Shown here in pieces: positions 37,846 to 50,225 of a DNA stretch of 64,000 bases (the stretch's first letter is position 1; every line of letters starts with the position of its first letter). The translations under genes and the position numbers were made by a program. The DNA lies in NCBI GenBank assembly GCA_007118495.1, contig SKRM01000057.1:33580-97579 (forward strand), in the 5' to 3' direction. The notes beneath the pieces were generated by a model. That model searched no databases, was not told the origin of the DNA, and saw only the letters and a program-made list of their open reading frames with translations. Source of the stretch: Bacteroidales bacterium (GTDB taxonomy: Bacteria; Bacteroidota; Bacteroidia; Bacteroidales; UBA7960).

Positions 37846-39252
37846 CTATTGGGTTTTGGTGTCGTTTTCTGTTTCGGGTGACCCCTGATCCTTTTTGTAT
37901 TTTTCTGTAACCAGCTTAACAAAGTCATCAAAGTTAATCTTGATTTCGTTAAGCTTCAACTTTTCCTTGAAAAGCTCAAGGATCTTCTGATCAAAAAGGT
38001 GGTCGTAGATCTTCTTGACTTCATCCTTGTTCGAAGCCACACTCTTAACGTATTCATCCAGGACAGATTGTTCCACATTGTCTTGCCCATATTGCTTTAA
38101 CTGGGCTCTGATGAATGCTTCGATATGCTTGTTGACTTCGTCCGGGGCAACTTCAAGCTTATGGGTTTTGATCAAATGGTTTTCAATAAGCTGCCAGCGG
38201 AAAGAATCGGCAAACTGCTCAAATTCATTGTCAATTTTTTCTCTGGTAAGTTCTTCTTTATTGGTATCAAGCAGCCAACTCTTCAGAAAACTTTCAGGAA
38301 GTGGCAGGTTTGTAGTCTCAAGGATTTTCTCCATTACCAGGTTTTTGAAGTGTTTGTCTGCATCTGCCTGATACTGTTGTCCGATCTGCTCGCTCACGAA
38401 TGAACGGAACTCCTCTTCTGTTTTTAACTCCTTGTCAGGAGCAACCTTATTGAATAAATCTTCATTCAGATCGGCAGGTTCAACCCTGCTGATGCTCTCA
38501 ATGGTAAAGCGAAATAATGGGCCATAATTGCCAATTTCCTCTTTCTTCACGCCAAGCATGGCCGCTGCTTCGGCCTCTGAGCCAACAGACTTGTTCACGT
38601 CTATGACAAATGACTCGCCCGGCCTGGCTCCATTAAGCTTGCCCTTAAGTTCGTCATCTTTGATATACTGGGCATAAACATTGGCCTTATGGCTATGACC
38701 TTCATCTTTGGTAGTTGACTCATCGACCATCTCAACAAATTCACCGAAAAGCACATCTTCTTCGCCTGCTGTTCCAGGGTTGGTCATTTTACCATAGCGT
38801 TTGCGGATATCTTTTATATAATTATCAGCAATATCCTGGTCAACAGTTATCTTATGGTAATCAACCTCAATATTATCAGATAACTCCAACTCTATTTCAG
38901 GTGCCAGACCAATATGGTAATGCAACTCAAACTCCTTTTGTGTTTCCCAGTCAATTGCATCAGCCTTTGTCTGATCAGGTACCGGATTTCCAAGCACATT
39001 GAGCTCGTTTTCTTTAATATGGTTGTACACAGCGTCAGCCAGCAATTTATTCACTTCTTCAGCCAGCACACTCTTCTCATACATTTTCTTCACAAGCCCC
39101 ATGGGTACTTTACCCGGCCTGAAGCCCGGCATTTGTGCCTTTTTTTGAACGCTCCGCAACTCTTTGTCTACTTTTTCACGGTAGTCTTCTTCAGTCACAT
39201 TGACTTTTATAACTGCCTCCAATGGTCCGTTCTCTTCCCTGATGATATCCAT
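37846..39252 (-). CDS. tig: Trigger factor
   Basis: PGFRPGKVP signature; tig-clpP-clpX order. Confidence 0.95.
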   Translation of the reverse strand: MDIIREENGPLEAVIKVNVTEEDYREKVDKELRSVQKKAQMPGFRPGKVPMGLVKKMYEKSVLAEEVNKLLADAVYNHIKENELNVLGNPVPDQTKADAIDWETQKEFELHYHIGLAPEIELELSDNIEVDYHKITVDQDIADNYIKDIRKRYGKMTNPGTAGEEDVLFGEFVEMVDESTTKDEGHSHKANVYAQYIKDDELKGKLNGARPGESFVIDVNKSVGSEAEAAAMLGVKKEEIGNYGPLFRFTIESISRVEPADLNEDLFNKVAPDKELKTEEEFRSFVSEQIGQQYQADADKHFKNLVMEKILETTNLPLPESFLKSWLLDTNKEELTREKIDNEFEQFADSFRWQLIENHLIKTHKLEVAPDEVNKHIEAFIRAQLKQYGQDNVEQSVLDEYVKSVASNKDEVKKIYDHLFDQKILELFKEKLKLNEIKINFDDFVKLVTEKYKKDQGSPETENDTKTQ

Positions 39253-39271
39253 AATGAAATGATTTTTTTTG

Positions 39272-39353
39272 TGCGGATGAAGGGACTCGAACCCCCACGC
39301 CTTTCGGCACCAGATCCTAAGTCTGGCGCGGCTACCAATTACGCCACATCCGC
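39272..39353 (-). tRNA. tRNA-Leu (UAG)
   Basis: GCGGATG...CATCCGCA; anticodon arm CCAGA-CTTAGGA-TCTGG; long variable arm; TATATTTG box at 39375-39382. Confidence 0.96.
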
Positions 39354-39431
39354 ATGTAGTTCAAAATTGGAGTGCAAATATACGACTTTTTATGGGAACA
39401 GCCACTGAAATACTGAAAAACTGAGGAGAGG

Positions 39432-41585
39432 TCAGCTTGTGGCCCTGGGAAGGGGTATGGTGAATGTGAAAACTGATCCCTTTCCCGGCTCACTTTGAAT
39501 GGAAATGCTTCCCCCTTGTTTCTCCACAAACTCTTTGCATAGCAAAAGTCCAAGACCGCTTCCCTTTTCGTCATGCGTACCGAAAGTGGTGTGGAGGGTA
39601 TCAACCCTGAACAGCTTCTGTTGGTTTTCGGGTGAGATTCCCACCCCGCTATCGGTCACAGATATTTCGAGCATTCCATTGCGCTGCTTTGACGACACAT
39701 GAATGCTCCCTCCTGACGGGGTATATTTGATGGCATTTGACAGAAGGTTTCGCACAATGGTATTGGTCATATTCACATCTCCCCAAACCACCACATCGTT
39801 GGTGACCCTGTCAGAAATCTCCAGCCCCTTTTCCCGGGCCGGCCCTGAGAACAGGTTCACATTGTCTCTGATGATGTCTTTTAGCTGGAAACTTTCGGGA
39901 TTATATGAAATTTTTCCTGTCTGCGATCTTGACCACTGCAAGAGATTCTCCAACAGGCTGTTGATTTTTAAAACCGATTTGTCCAACTCCATGGCCAGTT
40001 GTTGTAGTTCTTCGATGGTCAGGTTCTTGATATCACGCTTCAGAATACGTGAAAAACTCACAATAGACGCAAATGGATTCCGGAGGTCATGAGAAATAAT
40101 GGAAAAGAACTTGTCCTTTGTCTTGTTTATTTCAAGCAGGTTGGTTTCAGATATCCGAAGTTTGGTATTCAGCTCCTCTACCTCCTTTTTTTGCTCCATA
40201 ATCTTGGTGTTCAGGTCCTGGAGTTTTTTATTCTTTTTTACAATTTCAATCTTTTGCAGTTCGAGCTGGGTATTGGCCTTTGAAATGGCCAAAAAGCGGT
40301 TATATATTATAAAGAGAGTAACCAGAATCAGGGCCAGAAAAAGCAACAGAAAATTACGCAGTAACCGCTGTTTTTCAAGATTGAGTTCATTGATCTGGTT
40401 CACCTTGCGCAAAAGCTCTATTTCGCCCTCTTTCCGCTCTCTGTCATACATAAGCTGCAGCTCGATGACACGTCTGCGGCTTTCTTCATCGTAAATACTA
40501 TCCTGGATGGCAAGAAATTGTTTTTGCAGGTTATAGGCACTTTCATAGTTCCCTCTCTGTGCCATCAATTCACTTAGTTTACGGTAGTTGTCAGCTATAA
40601 GTGAGGGTGAACCAATGCGAATGGCAATTCTCAGGCTTTCGTTATAAAACCGGTCGGCCCTGATCAACGAACCAGTGTCAGCATAAACCTCGCCAAGTTG
40701 GTGATACACCAGGGCAATCCCCATATGGTCATTTACCTGCACAAATAGCTCCCTGGCTACATTCAGATTTTCAATGGCTTCACTGTGGTTGCCCATTTTA
40801 AAGTACAAATACCCAATATTTCTTGTGGTCTGGGCCCTCTCCCTGGTCTCCTTCAGTTTCTCCCTGATCTCCAGAGCGGCCAGGTAATGCTCAAGGGCCT
40901 CAGGATATTGTCCCCTGGCCTTGTAAATTTGCCCCAGGTTATTCAATGAAAAGGCCTTGCCTCTCTCATCGCCAAAATATTCCTTTATCTCCAGTGAACG
41001 CATATGATAGACCTCGGCCATTTCATAATCGCCCTGCCTGTAGTAGGTGGTGCCTATATTGTTCAATACAGAAGCTGTACGGGCAATGGAGTCAGATTCT
41101 TCATAAATACGCAGGGCTCTGAAATGATATTCAAGCGCGTTATCATAGTATCCCTGACCAGAAAAAATAATGCCCATGCTGGTAATTACCCTTGCCACTC
41201 CAAATTCGTATCCCTCCCGCTCGAAGATTTGTCTGGCCTCAAGAATGAAGTCGTAGGCCATTGTAAAGTTTCCCATTCGCCAGTATATCAAACCGATATC
41301 TGTCAAAGCCCGGGCCGCCACAAGGTGATAATCATTGTTTTCAGCAATTGCAAGACCTCTTCTGGCGTATGCCAGGGCTTGTCCCGGGTTGCTTGACCGA
41401 ATTGACCAGGCGTAATTCAACAGAGCATCCATAAACAATGAATCAGACACCGTCTGTTCTTCAACAAGCATTCTCAAGCTGTCAAGCCTTGCTTCAGGAG
41501 CATCCTGAAAATCGTCCCGGAGCGCTCCCTCTAAAGAAAACACCGATAACAACAGATATAATGATATAAGGCTAACCCTGGGCAT
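39432..41585 (-). CDS. TPR-repeat sensor histidine kinase
   Basis: Signal peptide, several TPRs (LNNIG, LNNLG), TM, FSIISHDLRNP H-box, RNLLSNAIKY, DSGVG, GSGLGL. Start approximate (ATG 41585). Confidence 0.92.
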   Translation of the reverse strand: MPRVSLISLYLLLSVFSLEGALRDDFQDAPEARLDSLRMLVEEQTVSDSLFMDALLNYAWSIRSSNPGQALAYARRGLAIAENNDYHLVAARALTDIGLIYWRMGNFTMAYDFILEARQIFEREGYEFGVARVITSMGIIFSGQGYYDNALEYHFRALRIYEESDSIARTASVLNNIGTTYYRQGDYEMAEVYHMRSLEIKEYFGDERGKAFSLNNLGQIYKARGQYPEALEHYLAALEIREKLKETRERAQTTRNIGYLYFKMGNHSEAIENLNVARELFVQVNDHMGIALVYHQLGEVYADTGSLIRADRFYNESLRIAIRIGSPSLIADNYRKLSELMAQRGNYESAYNLQKQFLAIQDSIYDEESRRRVIELQLMYDRERKEGEIELLRKVNQINELNLEKQRLLRNFLLLFLALILVTLFIIYNRFLAISKANTQLELQKIEIVKKNKKLQDLNTKIMEQKKEVEELNTKLRISETNLLEINKTKDKFFSIISHDLRNPFASIVSFSRILKRDIKNLTIEELQQLAMELDKSVLKINSLLENLLQWSRSQTGKISYNPESFQLKDIIRDNVNLFSGPAREKGLEISDRVTNDVVVWGDVNMTNTIVRNLLSNAIKYTPSGGSIHVSSKQRNGMLEISVTDSGVGISPENQQKLFRVDTLHTTFGTHDEKGSGLGLLLCKEFVEKQGGSISIQSEPGKGSVFTFTIPLPRATS

Positions 41586-41906
41586 AGTCAATCCTTTGGC
41601 AAAAACCGGGTAAAAATACAAACATTAACACATTTGAATATCATACAAAAGTAGGCTATTTCGGTGATAAAAACATCATATTGGCTAATTAAATATATGT
41701 TTTTTATTACTAAGCTGCAAAAAAAAGCCCAACTATCTATCCTGAAAACATATATGCGCATATGTAGCTGAACATTTGAAGTTTACAAATCTATTTTTAT
41801 TTAGTCTGAACAACAATTTACCAAATAACGGGGGGGATTACATCCATAGGAGATATTTTTTTTATATATTTCAGTACCATTTCTCCTGTTACTATAACAC
41901 CCGCTT

Positions 41907-42506
41907 ATGAATGCGATCAAAAGAATTGTCATTTTTTTCAGGCCACCCAAAAACTGGCGGTTTACGGTGATTATTCTCGGGGGGATATTCACCGGTATTT
42001 TATTACTTGTTGTGCATATCTCCAATGCCACATCATACCTTTCTGATGAACCCGAAACCTGTATCAACTGTCACGTCATGTATCCCTATTACGCATCATG
42101 GACAAAAAGCAGCCACGGGCGTGACGCCACATGTGTTGACTGCCATGTCCCACAGGATAATTTATTTAGAAAATATTACGTAAAGGGAACAGATGGAATG
42201 GCCCACACAACCTATTTTACATTTCGATGGGAGCCACAGGTGATTCAAATCAAACAAAGGGGGATCAACGTGGTTCAGGAAAACTGCATCCGTTGCCACA
42301 TCGATCTGGTTGATATGACACAGCTGGTCGAGGTCACAGGCAGAACGGCCGCTCAGGATGAAGGCAAGCTTTGCTGGGACTGCCACAGGGAAACACCCCA
42401 CGGAACAGTTAAGAGCCTGTCAGCTGCACCCCATGCCCTGGTTGACAGGCTGCCGTCGGTGCTTCCAGGGTGGCTGGAGAATTTTCTAAGTCAAAAAGAT
42501 CAATAA
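41907..42506 (+). CDS. nrfH: Cytochrome c nitrite reductase small subunit NrfH
   Basis: N-terminal TM; four CxxCH motifs (CINCHVM, CVDCH, CIRCH, CWDCH). Confidence 0.95.
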   Translation: MNAIKRIVIFFRPPKNWRFTVIILGGIFTGILLLVVHISNATSYLSDEPETCINCHVMYPYYASWTKSSHGRDATCVDCHVPQDNLFRKYYVKGTDGMAHTTYFTFRWEPQVIQIKQRGINVVQENCIRCHIDLVDMTQLVEVTGRTAAQDEGKLCWDCHRETPHGTVKSLSAAPHALVDRLPSVLPGWLENFLSQKDQ

Positions 42507-42543
42507 CATAGCCAATTAGCAAACCTTCAAATACCTTTATCAC

Positions 42544-43986
42544 ATGAAGAGTATAAGTGAACTCACAGAAAAGAAACCCTGGCTAAACTGGGTACTGTTT
42601 TTTGTTACAGTAGTGGTCGTTTTCATCATCGGACTGTTCGCTGCGAGCATCGTTGAAAGAAGAAGTGAGGCCCAATTGTATTTCCAAATGGTCAGTCCCA
42701 TTCCCGACTGGGAACCAAGGAATGAGGTCTGGGGTGAAAATTTTCCAAGACAGTATCAGTCGTATCTGAGAACCCTCGAAACTGATTTCGAAAGCAAATA
42801 CTATGGGTCGGTGATGATTGATTACCTTGAAAAATATCCTGAACTCGTTGTTATGTGGGCCGGGTATGCCTTTTCAAGAGATTACAACCAGGGCCGTGGC
42901 CATTATTATTCTGTTGAAGATGTCCACAACACTCTAAGGACGGATGTGCCCCAGCCGGCTACATGCTGGACTTGTAAAAGCACAGATGTGCCCAGGATGA
43001 TGAATGAAATAGGTGTCAGTGAGTTTTATGCCCAAACCTGGGCAGAGATGGGGCCCAACATTCAAAACCCCATCGGGTGCCAGGATTGCCACGACCCCCA
43101 AACCATGAATCTGAGAATTACAAGACCGGCTCTCGTGGAAGCTTTTGCCCGTCAGGGCATTGATATTCATAACGCCACCCGCCAGGAAATGCGCTCTCTG
43201 GTTTGTGCGCAGTGTCATGTTGAATATTATTTCGGACCTGAAAACTACCTGACTTTTCCCTGGGACGAAGGATTCTCGGCTGAAGACATGGAGTATTACA
43301 AAGACAATATCCAGCATGTTGACTGGGTGCATGCCTTGAGCAGGGCGCCAATGCTTAAGGCCCAGCATCCTGATTATGAATTATATAAAACAGGTATTCA
43401 CGCCCAAAGAGGTGTTTCATGTGCTGACTGCCATATGCCATATATGCGTGAAGGCGGTATCAAGTTTACTGATCACCATCTGGTAAGCCCCCTCGCCAAG
43501 GTTGATAAGTCTTGCATGGTATGTCACAGGCAAAGTGAAGAAACCCTGATAGCCAATGTGTATGACCACCAGAGTCGGGTATCTGAACTTAGAAGAATAG
43601 CAGAAAAGAACCTGGCAAGGGCTCACATTGAGGCCAGGTATGCATGGGATGCCGGTGCAAATGAACAGGAAATGGCACCCGTTCTTCAGCTTATCAGACA
43701 TGCGCAGTGGCGTTGGGACTGGGTAGCTGCAGCCAATGGAATGGGTATACATTCTCCAGCTGAGGCCTTACGCGTATTAGGTACTTCAATCCAGAAGGCT
43801 CAGGAGGCCAGCTTGAAACTCACCTCAATATTCCGCAAATACGATGTGGATTATCCCATTGAAATGCCTGACCTTTCAACCAAAGAAAAGGCACAGGAAT
43901 TCATCGGTCTGGATATGGATCAGCTTCGCAGGCAAAAGGATGATTTTAAAGAAAATGTGCTTCCGCAGTGGCTAAGCCAGAACTAG
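42544..43986 (+). CDS. nrfA: Pentaheme ammonia-forming nitrite reductase NrfA
   Basis: CWTCK plus four CxxCH, RGH, CAQCHVEYYF, KAQHPDYE, AQWRWDW. Confidence 0.96.
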   Translation: MKSISELTEKKPWLNWVLFFVTVVVVFIIGLFAASIVERRSEAQLYFQMVSPIPDWEPRNEVWGENFPRQYQSYLRTLETDFESKYYGSVMIDYLEKYPELVVMWAGYAFSRDYNQGRGHYYSVEDVHNTLRTDVPQPATCWTCKSTDVPRMMNEIGVSEFYAQTWAEMGPNIQNPIGCQDCHDPQTMNLRITRPALVEAFARQGIDIHNATRQEMRSLVCAQCHVEYYFGPENYLTFPWDEGFSAEDMEYYKDNIQHVDWVHALSRAPMLKAQHPDYELYKTGIHAQRGVSCADCHMPYMREGGIKFTDHHLVSPLAKVDKSCMVCHRQSEETLIANVYDHQSRVSELRRIAEKNLARAHIEARYAWDAGANEQEMAPVLQLIRHAQWRWDWVAAANGMGIHSPAEALRVLGTSIQKAQEASLKLTSIFRKYDVDYPIEMPDLSTKEKAQEFIGLDMDQLRRQKDDFKENVLPQWLSQN

Positions 43987-43990
43987 GTGT

Positions 43991-45691
43991 TTATTCTACA
44001 TTTACGCCTGCTATTGCTTCATTGATATTCAGAATGGCATCACCGATCTTCTCGCATGATGTGATGAGTTTGTTAAAGTAAAAGGCACTTTTCACCTGGG
44101 TGGGATCTTTTTCTATATCAACGATCACCGAATCACGGACATGGTCTCTGAATGAATTGATTTCTTTTTCAATGTCAGCCGCCTTGGGCAGGTTTTTTCT
44201 GGCCTCAAGGGCGCTGTTTTGCAGATTGCTGAGCATGAGGTCAAATGCGTTATTAACCAGCTTAAACATCTCGAACAGATCACTGCGCTGACCCGGGGTG
44301 AAGTATATTTTTTCTTTCTTCTTTTCAGACAGCACAGTGGCCATTTTAAAACATACGTCACCTATTTTTTCTACCTCGCTGCTCACAAGCCGCATTCGTC
44401 TGAGTTCTTCAGACGCCTGACTACTCAACTGCTTACGCGATATTTTGATTAAAAAAGAGGTGATCTCAACTTCGACCCTGTCGGTAATCTCTTCGTATTT
44501 ACTTACTTTTTCAAGGATACTCTGGAATTCTTTCTTGTCGGTTTCAATGATCAGGGCTGGGATAAAGTTGAACATACGGTGGGCCAGTTCACTGTACTTC
44601 CTGACCTCTTTCTTGGCCTGGAAAACAGAAAGTTCAGCCATATGGAGAAACCCACTGCTGAAATACTCCAGATGTGGACGCTCAAACTTTTTACCACGCG
44701 AAGGCATGATAAACTCAACCACATTGACCATATATTTTATGAACCCAATCAAGAGGACTGTATTGATCACATTAAATACGGTATGGAATATTGACAGACC
44801 TATGGTTATAGAGGTGGATGTTTCAAAAGGAGACCCTAAACCTGACCTGATCATGAAGGCATCAATATGCCCGAGAAAAAATCTGAACAACAGCAACATC
44901 CAGATGATTCCAATAATATTGAAGAACGTATGCGCCAGGGCGGTTCTCTTGGCATATACATTTCCAACCAATGCAGCCAGATTGGCTGTAATGGTGGTTC
45001 CGATATTTTCACCCAGAACAATTGCCGCACCGTGCTCAAAACCTATCCACCCATAATTACACATAACCAGGGTCAAAGCCATGGTGGCACTTGACGACTG
45101 AAGAACGATGGTAAGTATTGTTCCCAGCCCCAGGAATATGAATGTACTGTACACCCCATATTCAGTCAGGTCTTGTAAGGCTTGAAACATTTGGGGGTTT
45201 GTATGCAGGTCAGGCACCGAGTTCCTGAGAAAATCGAGCCCCATGAACAGCAAGGCAAAACCTAGTATAATTTGTCCCAATGAATTAAAACGTTCTCTTG
45301 AGTTCAGTAGCAAGGGGAAGCTAATTCCGATCAGGGGGATGGACAGTACAGAAATATTAAACTTAAATCCCAGAAGTGAAATCAGCCAGGCGGTGGTGGT
45401 GGTTCCGATGTTGGCACCCATGATGACCCCGATTGATTGGGTCAGGTTCATTAGCCCGGCGTTGACAAAACTCACCACCATGACCGTAGATGCCGAAGAT
45501 GACTGAACAAGGGTGGTGAGCAGAAAACCGGTCAGCACACCCATGAAACGGTTTGAGGTCATAGCCGCCAGAATGGAACGCAATTTATCACCGGCAAACT
45601 TCTGAATCCCCTCACTCATGGTCTTCATGCCGAAAAGAAACAAGCTCAAAGAGCCAAAAAGCGTGAGAAAGTCAAAAAAACTAAAGCTCAT
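43991..45691 (-). CDS. Na/Pi cotransporter family protein with PhoU-like C-terminus
   Basis: Duplicated QSSS..G(A/E)NIGTT motifs; C-terminal EKIGD repeats. Confidence 0.92.
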   Translation of the reverse strand: MSFSFFDFLTLFGSLSLFLFGMKTMSEGIQKFAGDKLRSILAAMTSNRFMGVLTGFLLTTLVQSSSASTVMVVSFVNAGLMNLTQSIGVIMGANIGTTTTAWLISLLGFKFNISVLSIPLIGISFPLLLNSRERFNSLGQIILGFALLFMGLDFLRNSVPDLHTNPQMFQALQDLTEYGVYSTFIFLGLGTILTIVLQSSSATMALTLVMCNYGWIGFEHGAAIVLGENIGTTITANLAALVGNVYAKRTALAHTFFNIIGIIWMLLLFRFFLGHIDAFMIRSGLGSPFETSTSITIGLSIFHTVFNVINTVLLIGFIKYMVNVVEFIMPSRGKKFERPHLEYFSSGFLHMAELSVFQAKKEVRKYSELAHRMFNFIPALIIETDKKEFQSILEKVSKYEEITDRVEVEITSFLIKISRKQLSSQASEELRRMRLVSSEVEKIGDVCFKMATVLSEKKKEKIYFTPGQRSDLFEMFKLVNNAFDLMLSNLQNSALEARKNLPKAADIEKEINSFRDHVRDSVIVDIEKDPTQVKSAFYFNKLITSCEKIGDAILNINEAIAGVNVE

Positions 45692-45818
45692 ACCGCCTGG
45701 GGTTGGTTAGTAAAAATACGCAATTGTATTTTGAATATGGATGCAAATATCTGTTTTTTTTATCTTAGTTTCCATATCAGACAATTGTAAGGTTGTGATT
45801 TAACCTAAACTTAAAACA

Positions 45819-45857
45819 GAAAACCCTGCAGTCAGTTGATGACCACAGGGTTTTTTG
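45819..45857. terminator. Probable terminator hairpin downstream of eno
   Basis: AAAACCCTG...GTCA-GTTGA-TGAC...CAGGGTTTTTT. Confidence 0.65.
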
Positions 45858-45874
45858 TATTGATCTTTGAAGAC

Positions 45875-47167
<1,293 letters not shown>

Positions 47168-47228
47168 TTATCGTATTTAAAAGTTTTCTCGTTTTGATTT
47201 AATGTAAAGATACACATCAGGCTTTTAA

Positions 47229-47267
47229 TAAAAAAGGATAAAGATTGCACCGCAACTTTATCCTTTG
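47229..47267 (-). terminator. Intrinsic terminator ending the alpha operon after rplQ
   Basis: AAAGGATAAAG-TTGC..GCAA-CTTTATCCTTT stem with a T tail on the minus strand. Confidence 0.8.
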
Positions 47268-47290
47268 TATGCTGGAAAGAACCTGGATGT

Positions 47291-48076
47291 TTATTCTCTG
47301 GTCTTGTCTTTATCCTCTTCGGGCTTTTCCTCAGCCTTCGGTTCTTCAGTTTTGGGCTCTTCTTTTGCCGGTGTTGGTTCTTCAGGTTTTTCTTCTTCTT
47401 TTACCTCGTCTTTAACTTCTTCAACGGGTTTCTCGTCTTCTTTAACCTCTTCAGGCTTAACCTCGTCTTTAACTTCTTCAACGGGTTTCTCGTCTTCTTT
47501 AACCTCTTCAGGCTTAACCTCGTCTTTGGTCTCTTCTACGGGCTTCTCTTCTGTTTTAACCTCTTCAGGCTTAACCTCGTCTTTGACTTCTTCAACTGGC
47601 TTCTTTTCTTCTTTGGCCTTAACCTCTGTCTTAACCTCATCCTGGGCCTTCTGTCCCCCGCGACGTCCCCTTCTGGTACGTTTCTGCTGGGTGTCTTCTG
47701 TTGTTTTCAGCAAGCCTACATTGTAATCAACCAGCTCGATAATGCACATTTCTGCGGCATCACCTTTTCTGAAACCAGTTTTTAGGATACGGGTGTAGCC
47801 ACCGGGTCTGTCTGCAACTTTCTGTGATATTTCACGGAAGAGTTCGCTAACAGCAAATTTGTTCTTCAGGTAGGAAAAAACGGTACGTCGTGAATGCGTT
47901 GAATCATCTTTTGACTTGGTAATCAAAGGTTCAACATAAACACGCAGTGCTTTGGCCTTAGCCACAGTTGTACTAATTCGCTTGTTAAGTATCAATGCAG
48001 TGGCGAGGCTCGACAAGGTTTCCTTCCGATGGGCCGATTTCCTCCCCAAATGATTAAATTTCTTTCTGTGTCTCAT
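47291..48076 (-). CDS. rplQ: 50S ribosomal protein L17 with long acidic repeat tail
   Basis: [33 protein letters not shown], then about 135 aa of E/K/V/P-rich tail. Confidence 0.97.
   Translation of the reverse strand: MRHRKKFNHLGRKSAHRKETLSSLATALILNKRISTTVAKAKALRVYVEPLITKSKDDSTHSRRTVFSYLKNKFAVSELFREISQKVADRPGGYTRILKTGFRKGDAAEMCIIELVDYNVGLLKTTEDTQQKRTRRGRRGGQKAQDEVKTEVKAKEEKKPVEEVKDEVKPEEVKTEEKPVEETKDEVKPEEVKEDEKPVEEVKDEVKPEEVKEDEKPVEEVKDEVKEEEKPEEPTPAKEEPKTEEPKAEEKPEEDKDKTRE
47403..47640. repeat. 57-bp coding tandem repeat (about 4 units) in the rplQ tail
   Basis: Units start at 47403, 47460, 47517 and 47574; the first two are identical; encodes [19 protein letters not shown]. Confidence 0.92.
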
Positions 48077-48081
48077 TTCAG

Positions 48082-49074
48082 TTATTCCTTATCTAATTTG
48101 TATTTCGAAAGGTTCATGCCAAAACTGAGGTTCTTTGATTTGATCAACTCCTCTAGTTCAGTCAATGATTTCTTGCCAAAATTTCTGAATTTAAGCAAGT
48201 CGTGCTTGTTTAAAGCCACCAGGTCAGCAAGGGTTTCAACATCAGCTGCTTTCAGGCAGTTCAACGCCCTTACTGACAGATCAAGATCAACCAGTTTGGT
48301 TTTAAGCAGCTGCCTCATATGCAGTGAAGTTTCGTCAAATTCTTCACTGGCTGCTTTTTCTTCCGTATCAAGCGTAATCTTCTCATTTGAGAACAACATG
48401 AAATGGTGGATCAGGATTTTGGCAGCCTCTTTCAGTGCTTCTTTAGGTGTAATTGACCCGTCGGTTAAAATATCAATGACCAGTTTTTCATAGTCAGTTT
48501 TCTGCTCTACCCTGTAATTCTCAACCTTGAATGTTACATTCTTGATGGGTGTAAAGATTGAGTCTACGGCAACCAAACCAATGACAGGGTTCAGACCTTT
48601 GTTTTCTTCGGCAGGAACATAGCCACGACCCTTTTCAAGGGTGAATTCCATCGAAAGATTAACAGAAGGTTCCATATTACAGATCACCACTTCAGGATTT
48701 AATACCTGGAAGTTGGCCAATGCAGCATTGAGATCGCCTGCTTTGAATTGCTCCTGACCTGATATATTAATAGTGAATTTTTCGGCTTCAGCGTCCTCAA
48801 CCTGGCTTTTAAAGCGAACTTGTTTGAGGTTCAGGATTATCTCTGTAACATCTTCTACTACCCCTTTGATGGTTGAAAACTCATGCTCCACGCCCTCTAT
48901 TTTAACTGACGTAACAGCAAAGCCTTCAAGTGATGATAACAGGATTCGCCTGAGTGCATTACCAATAGTTATACCATAACCAGGTTCCAACGGCCGGAAT
49001 TCAAATTTTCCCAGACGGTCGTCGGATTCAAGCATGATCACTTTATCCGGTTTTTGAAAAGCTAAAATTGCCAT
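48082..49074 (-). CDS. rpoA: RNA polymerase alpha subunit
   Basis: [43 protein letters not shown]. Confidence 0.98.
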   Translation of the reverse strand: MAILAFQKPDKVIMLESDDRLGKFEFRPLEPGYGITIGNALRRILLSSLEGFAVTSVKIEGVEHEFSTIKGVVEDVTEIILNLKQVRFKSQVEDAEAEKFTINISGQEQFKAGDLNAALANFQVLNPEVVICNMEPSVNLSMEFTLEKGRGYVPAEENKGLNPVIGLVAVDSIFTPIKNVTFKVENYRVEQKTDYEKLVIDILTDGSITPKEALKEAAKILIHHFMLFSNEKITLDTEEKAASEEFDETSLHMRQLLKTKLVDLDLSVRALNCLKAADVETLADLVALNKHDLLKFRNFGKKSLTELEELIKSKNLSFGMNLSKYKLDKE

Positions 49075-49110
49075 TGGTTTATTTTTTTTGTTTAAAAAAG
49101 ATAACGGTCA

Positions 49111-49716
49111 TTACTTGGAATATAATTCCACGATAAGCTGTTCCTTAATGTTCTCAGGAATCAAATCCCTTTCAGGGAAGTTCAGGAATTTACCTTTTTG
49201 TTCGGTGTTGTCCCATTCCAACCAGGGATAACCAGAAGAACGTGAAGCCAATGAATCTACTATAGCCTCAAGGCTTCTTGACTTTTCACGCACACCAACA
49301 ATATCGCCCGGGCGAAGAGTATACGACGGGATGTTGACTACCTGTCCGTTTACTGTAATATGGCGGTGACCAACCAGCTGTCTGGCGGCACGGCGGGTGG
49401 GTGCAATACCCAACCTGTAAACCACATTGTCAAGGCGAGCCTCAAGTAATTGGAGCAATATCTCACCGGTAATACCTTTTTGACGAACAGCCTTTTTGAA
49501 CGTATTGGCAAATTGCTTCTCAAGCAAACCGTAGGTATATTTTGCCTTTTGCTTCTCAAGAAGCTGGATACCGTATTCAGATTTCTTTCTTCTCTTTTTC
49601 ATCTGACCGTGTTGGCCAGGTGGATAATTTTTCTTTTCAAACGCCCTGTCTGCCCCAAAAATAGGGTCTCCAAACTTACGGGCAATTTTAGTTGTTGGAC
49701 CTAAATATCGTGCCAT
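49111..49716 (-). CDS. rpsD: 30S ribosomal protein S4
   Basis: [30 protein letters not shown]. Confidence 0.98.
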   Translation of the reverse strand: MARYLGPTTKIARKFGDPIFGADRAFEKKNYPPGQHGQMKKRRKKSEYGIQLLEKQKAKYTYGLLEKQFANTFKKAVRQKGITGEILLQLLEARLDNVVYRLGIAPTRRAARQLVGHRHITVNGQVVNIPSYTLRPGDIVGVREKSRSLEAIVDSLASRSSGYPWLEWDNTEQKGKFLNFPERDLIPENIKEQLIVELYSK

Positions 49717-49761
49717 GGTTATTTTCTGATTCTTTGATGATTAACTAACGGGACTAATTGG

Positions 49762-50160
49762 TTATACCCTTCTTCTTTTAGGAGGACGGCAACCATTATG
49801 TGGCAATGGGGTTACATCAACGATCTCGGTAACCTCAAGACCTGATGCATGCAATGTACGAATAGCAGACTCTCTTCCTGATCCCGGGCCTTTAACGAAA
49901 ACCTTGACTTTTCTCAAGCCCAGATCATAAGCAACTTTTGCTGCATCCCCTGCTGCCATCTGGCCAGCATAAGGGGTGTTTTTCTTTGAACCCCTGAAGC
50001 CCATTTTCCCGGCAGTAGACCAGGAGATAACCTGACCCTGCTGGTTGGTAAGGGTAATGTTGATGTTATTGAAGGACGCAAATATGTGAGCCTGACCAAG
50101 AGGCTCAACTTTCACGACCCTTTTTTTGGCACCTCGCGTGCCTTTGGTTGATTTTGCCAT
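49762..50160 (-). CDS. rpsK: 30S ribosomal protein S11
   Basis: [32 protein letters not shown]. Confidence 0.98.
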   Translation of the reverse strand: MAKSTKGTRGAKKRVVKVEPLGQAHIFASFNNINITLTNQQGQVISWSTAGKMGFRGSKKNTPYAGQMAAGDAAKVAYDLGLRKVKVFVKGPGSGRESAIRTLHASGLEVTEIVDVTPLPHNGCRPPKRRRV

Positions 50161-50225
50161 AGTCTAAATTGGTTTAACTACTGATCAAGGGGCGCATTCC
50201 ATGCTCCCGCTTCAAAATTCAATGA

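Noticed and set aside
47265-47726. 153-aa Ser-rich ORF on the + strand
   Set aside because: Antisense shadow of the repetitive rplQ tail.
50186-50213. Small hairpin in the rpsM-rpsK spacer
   Set aside because: Short imperfect stem without a U tract; cannot be told from chance without comparative data.
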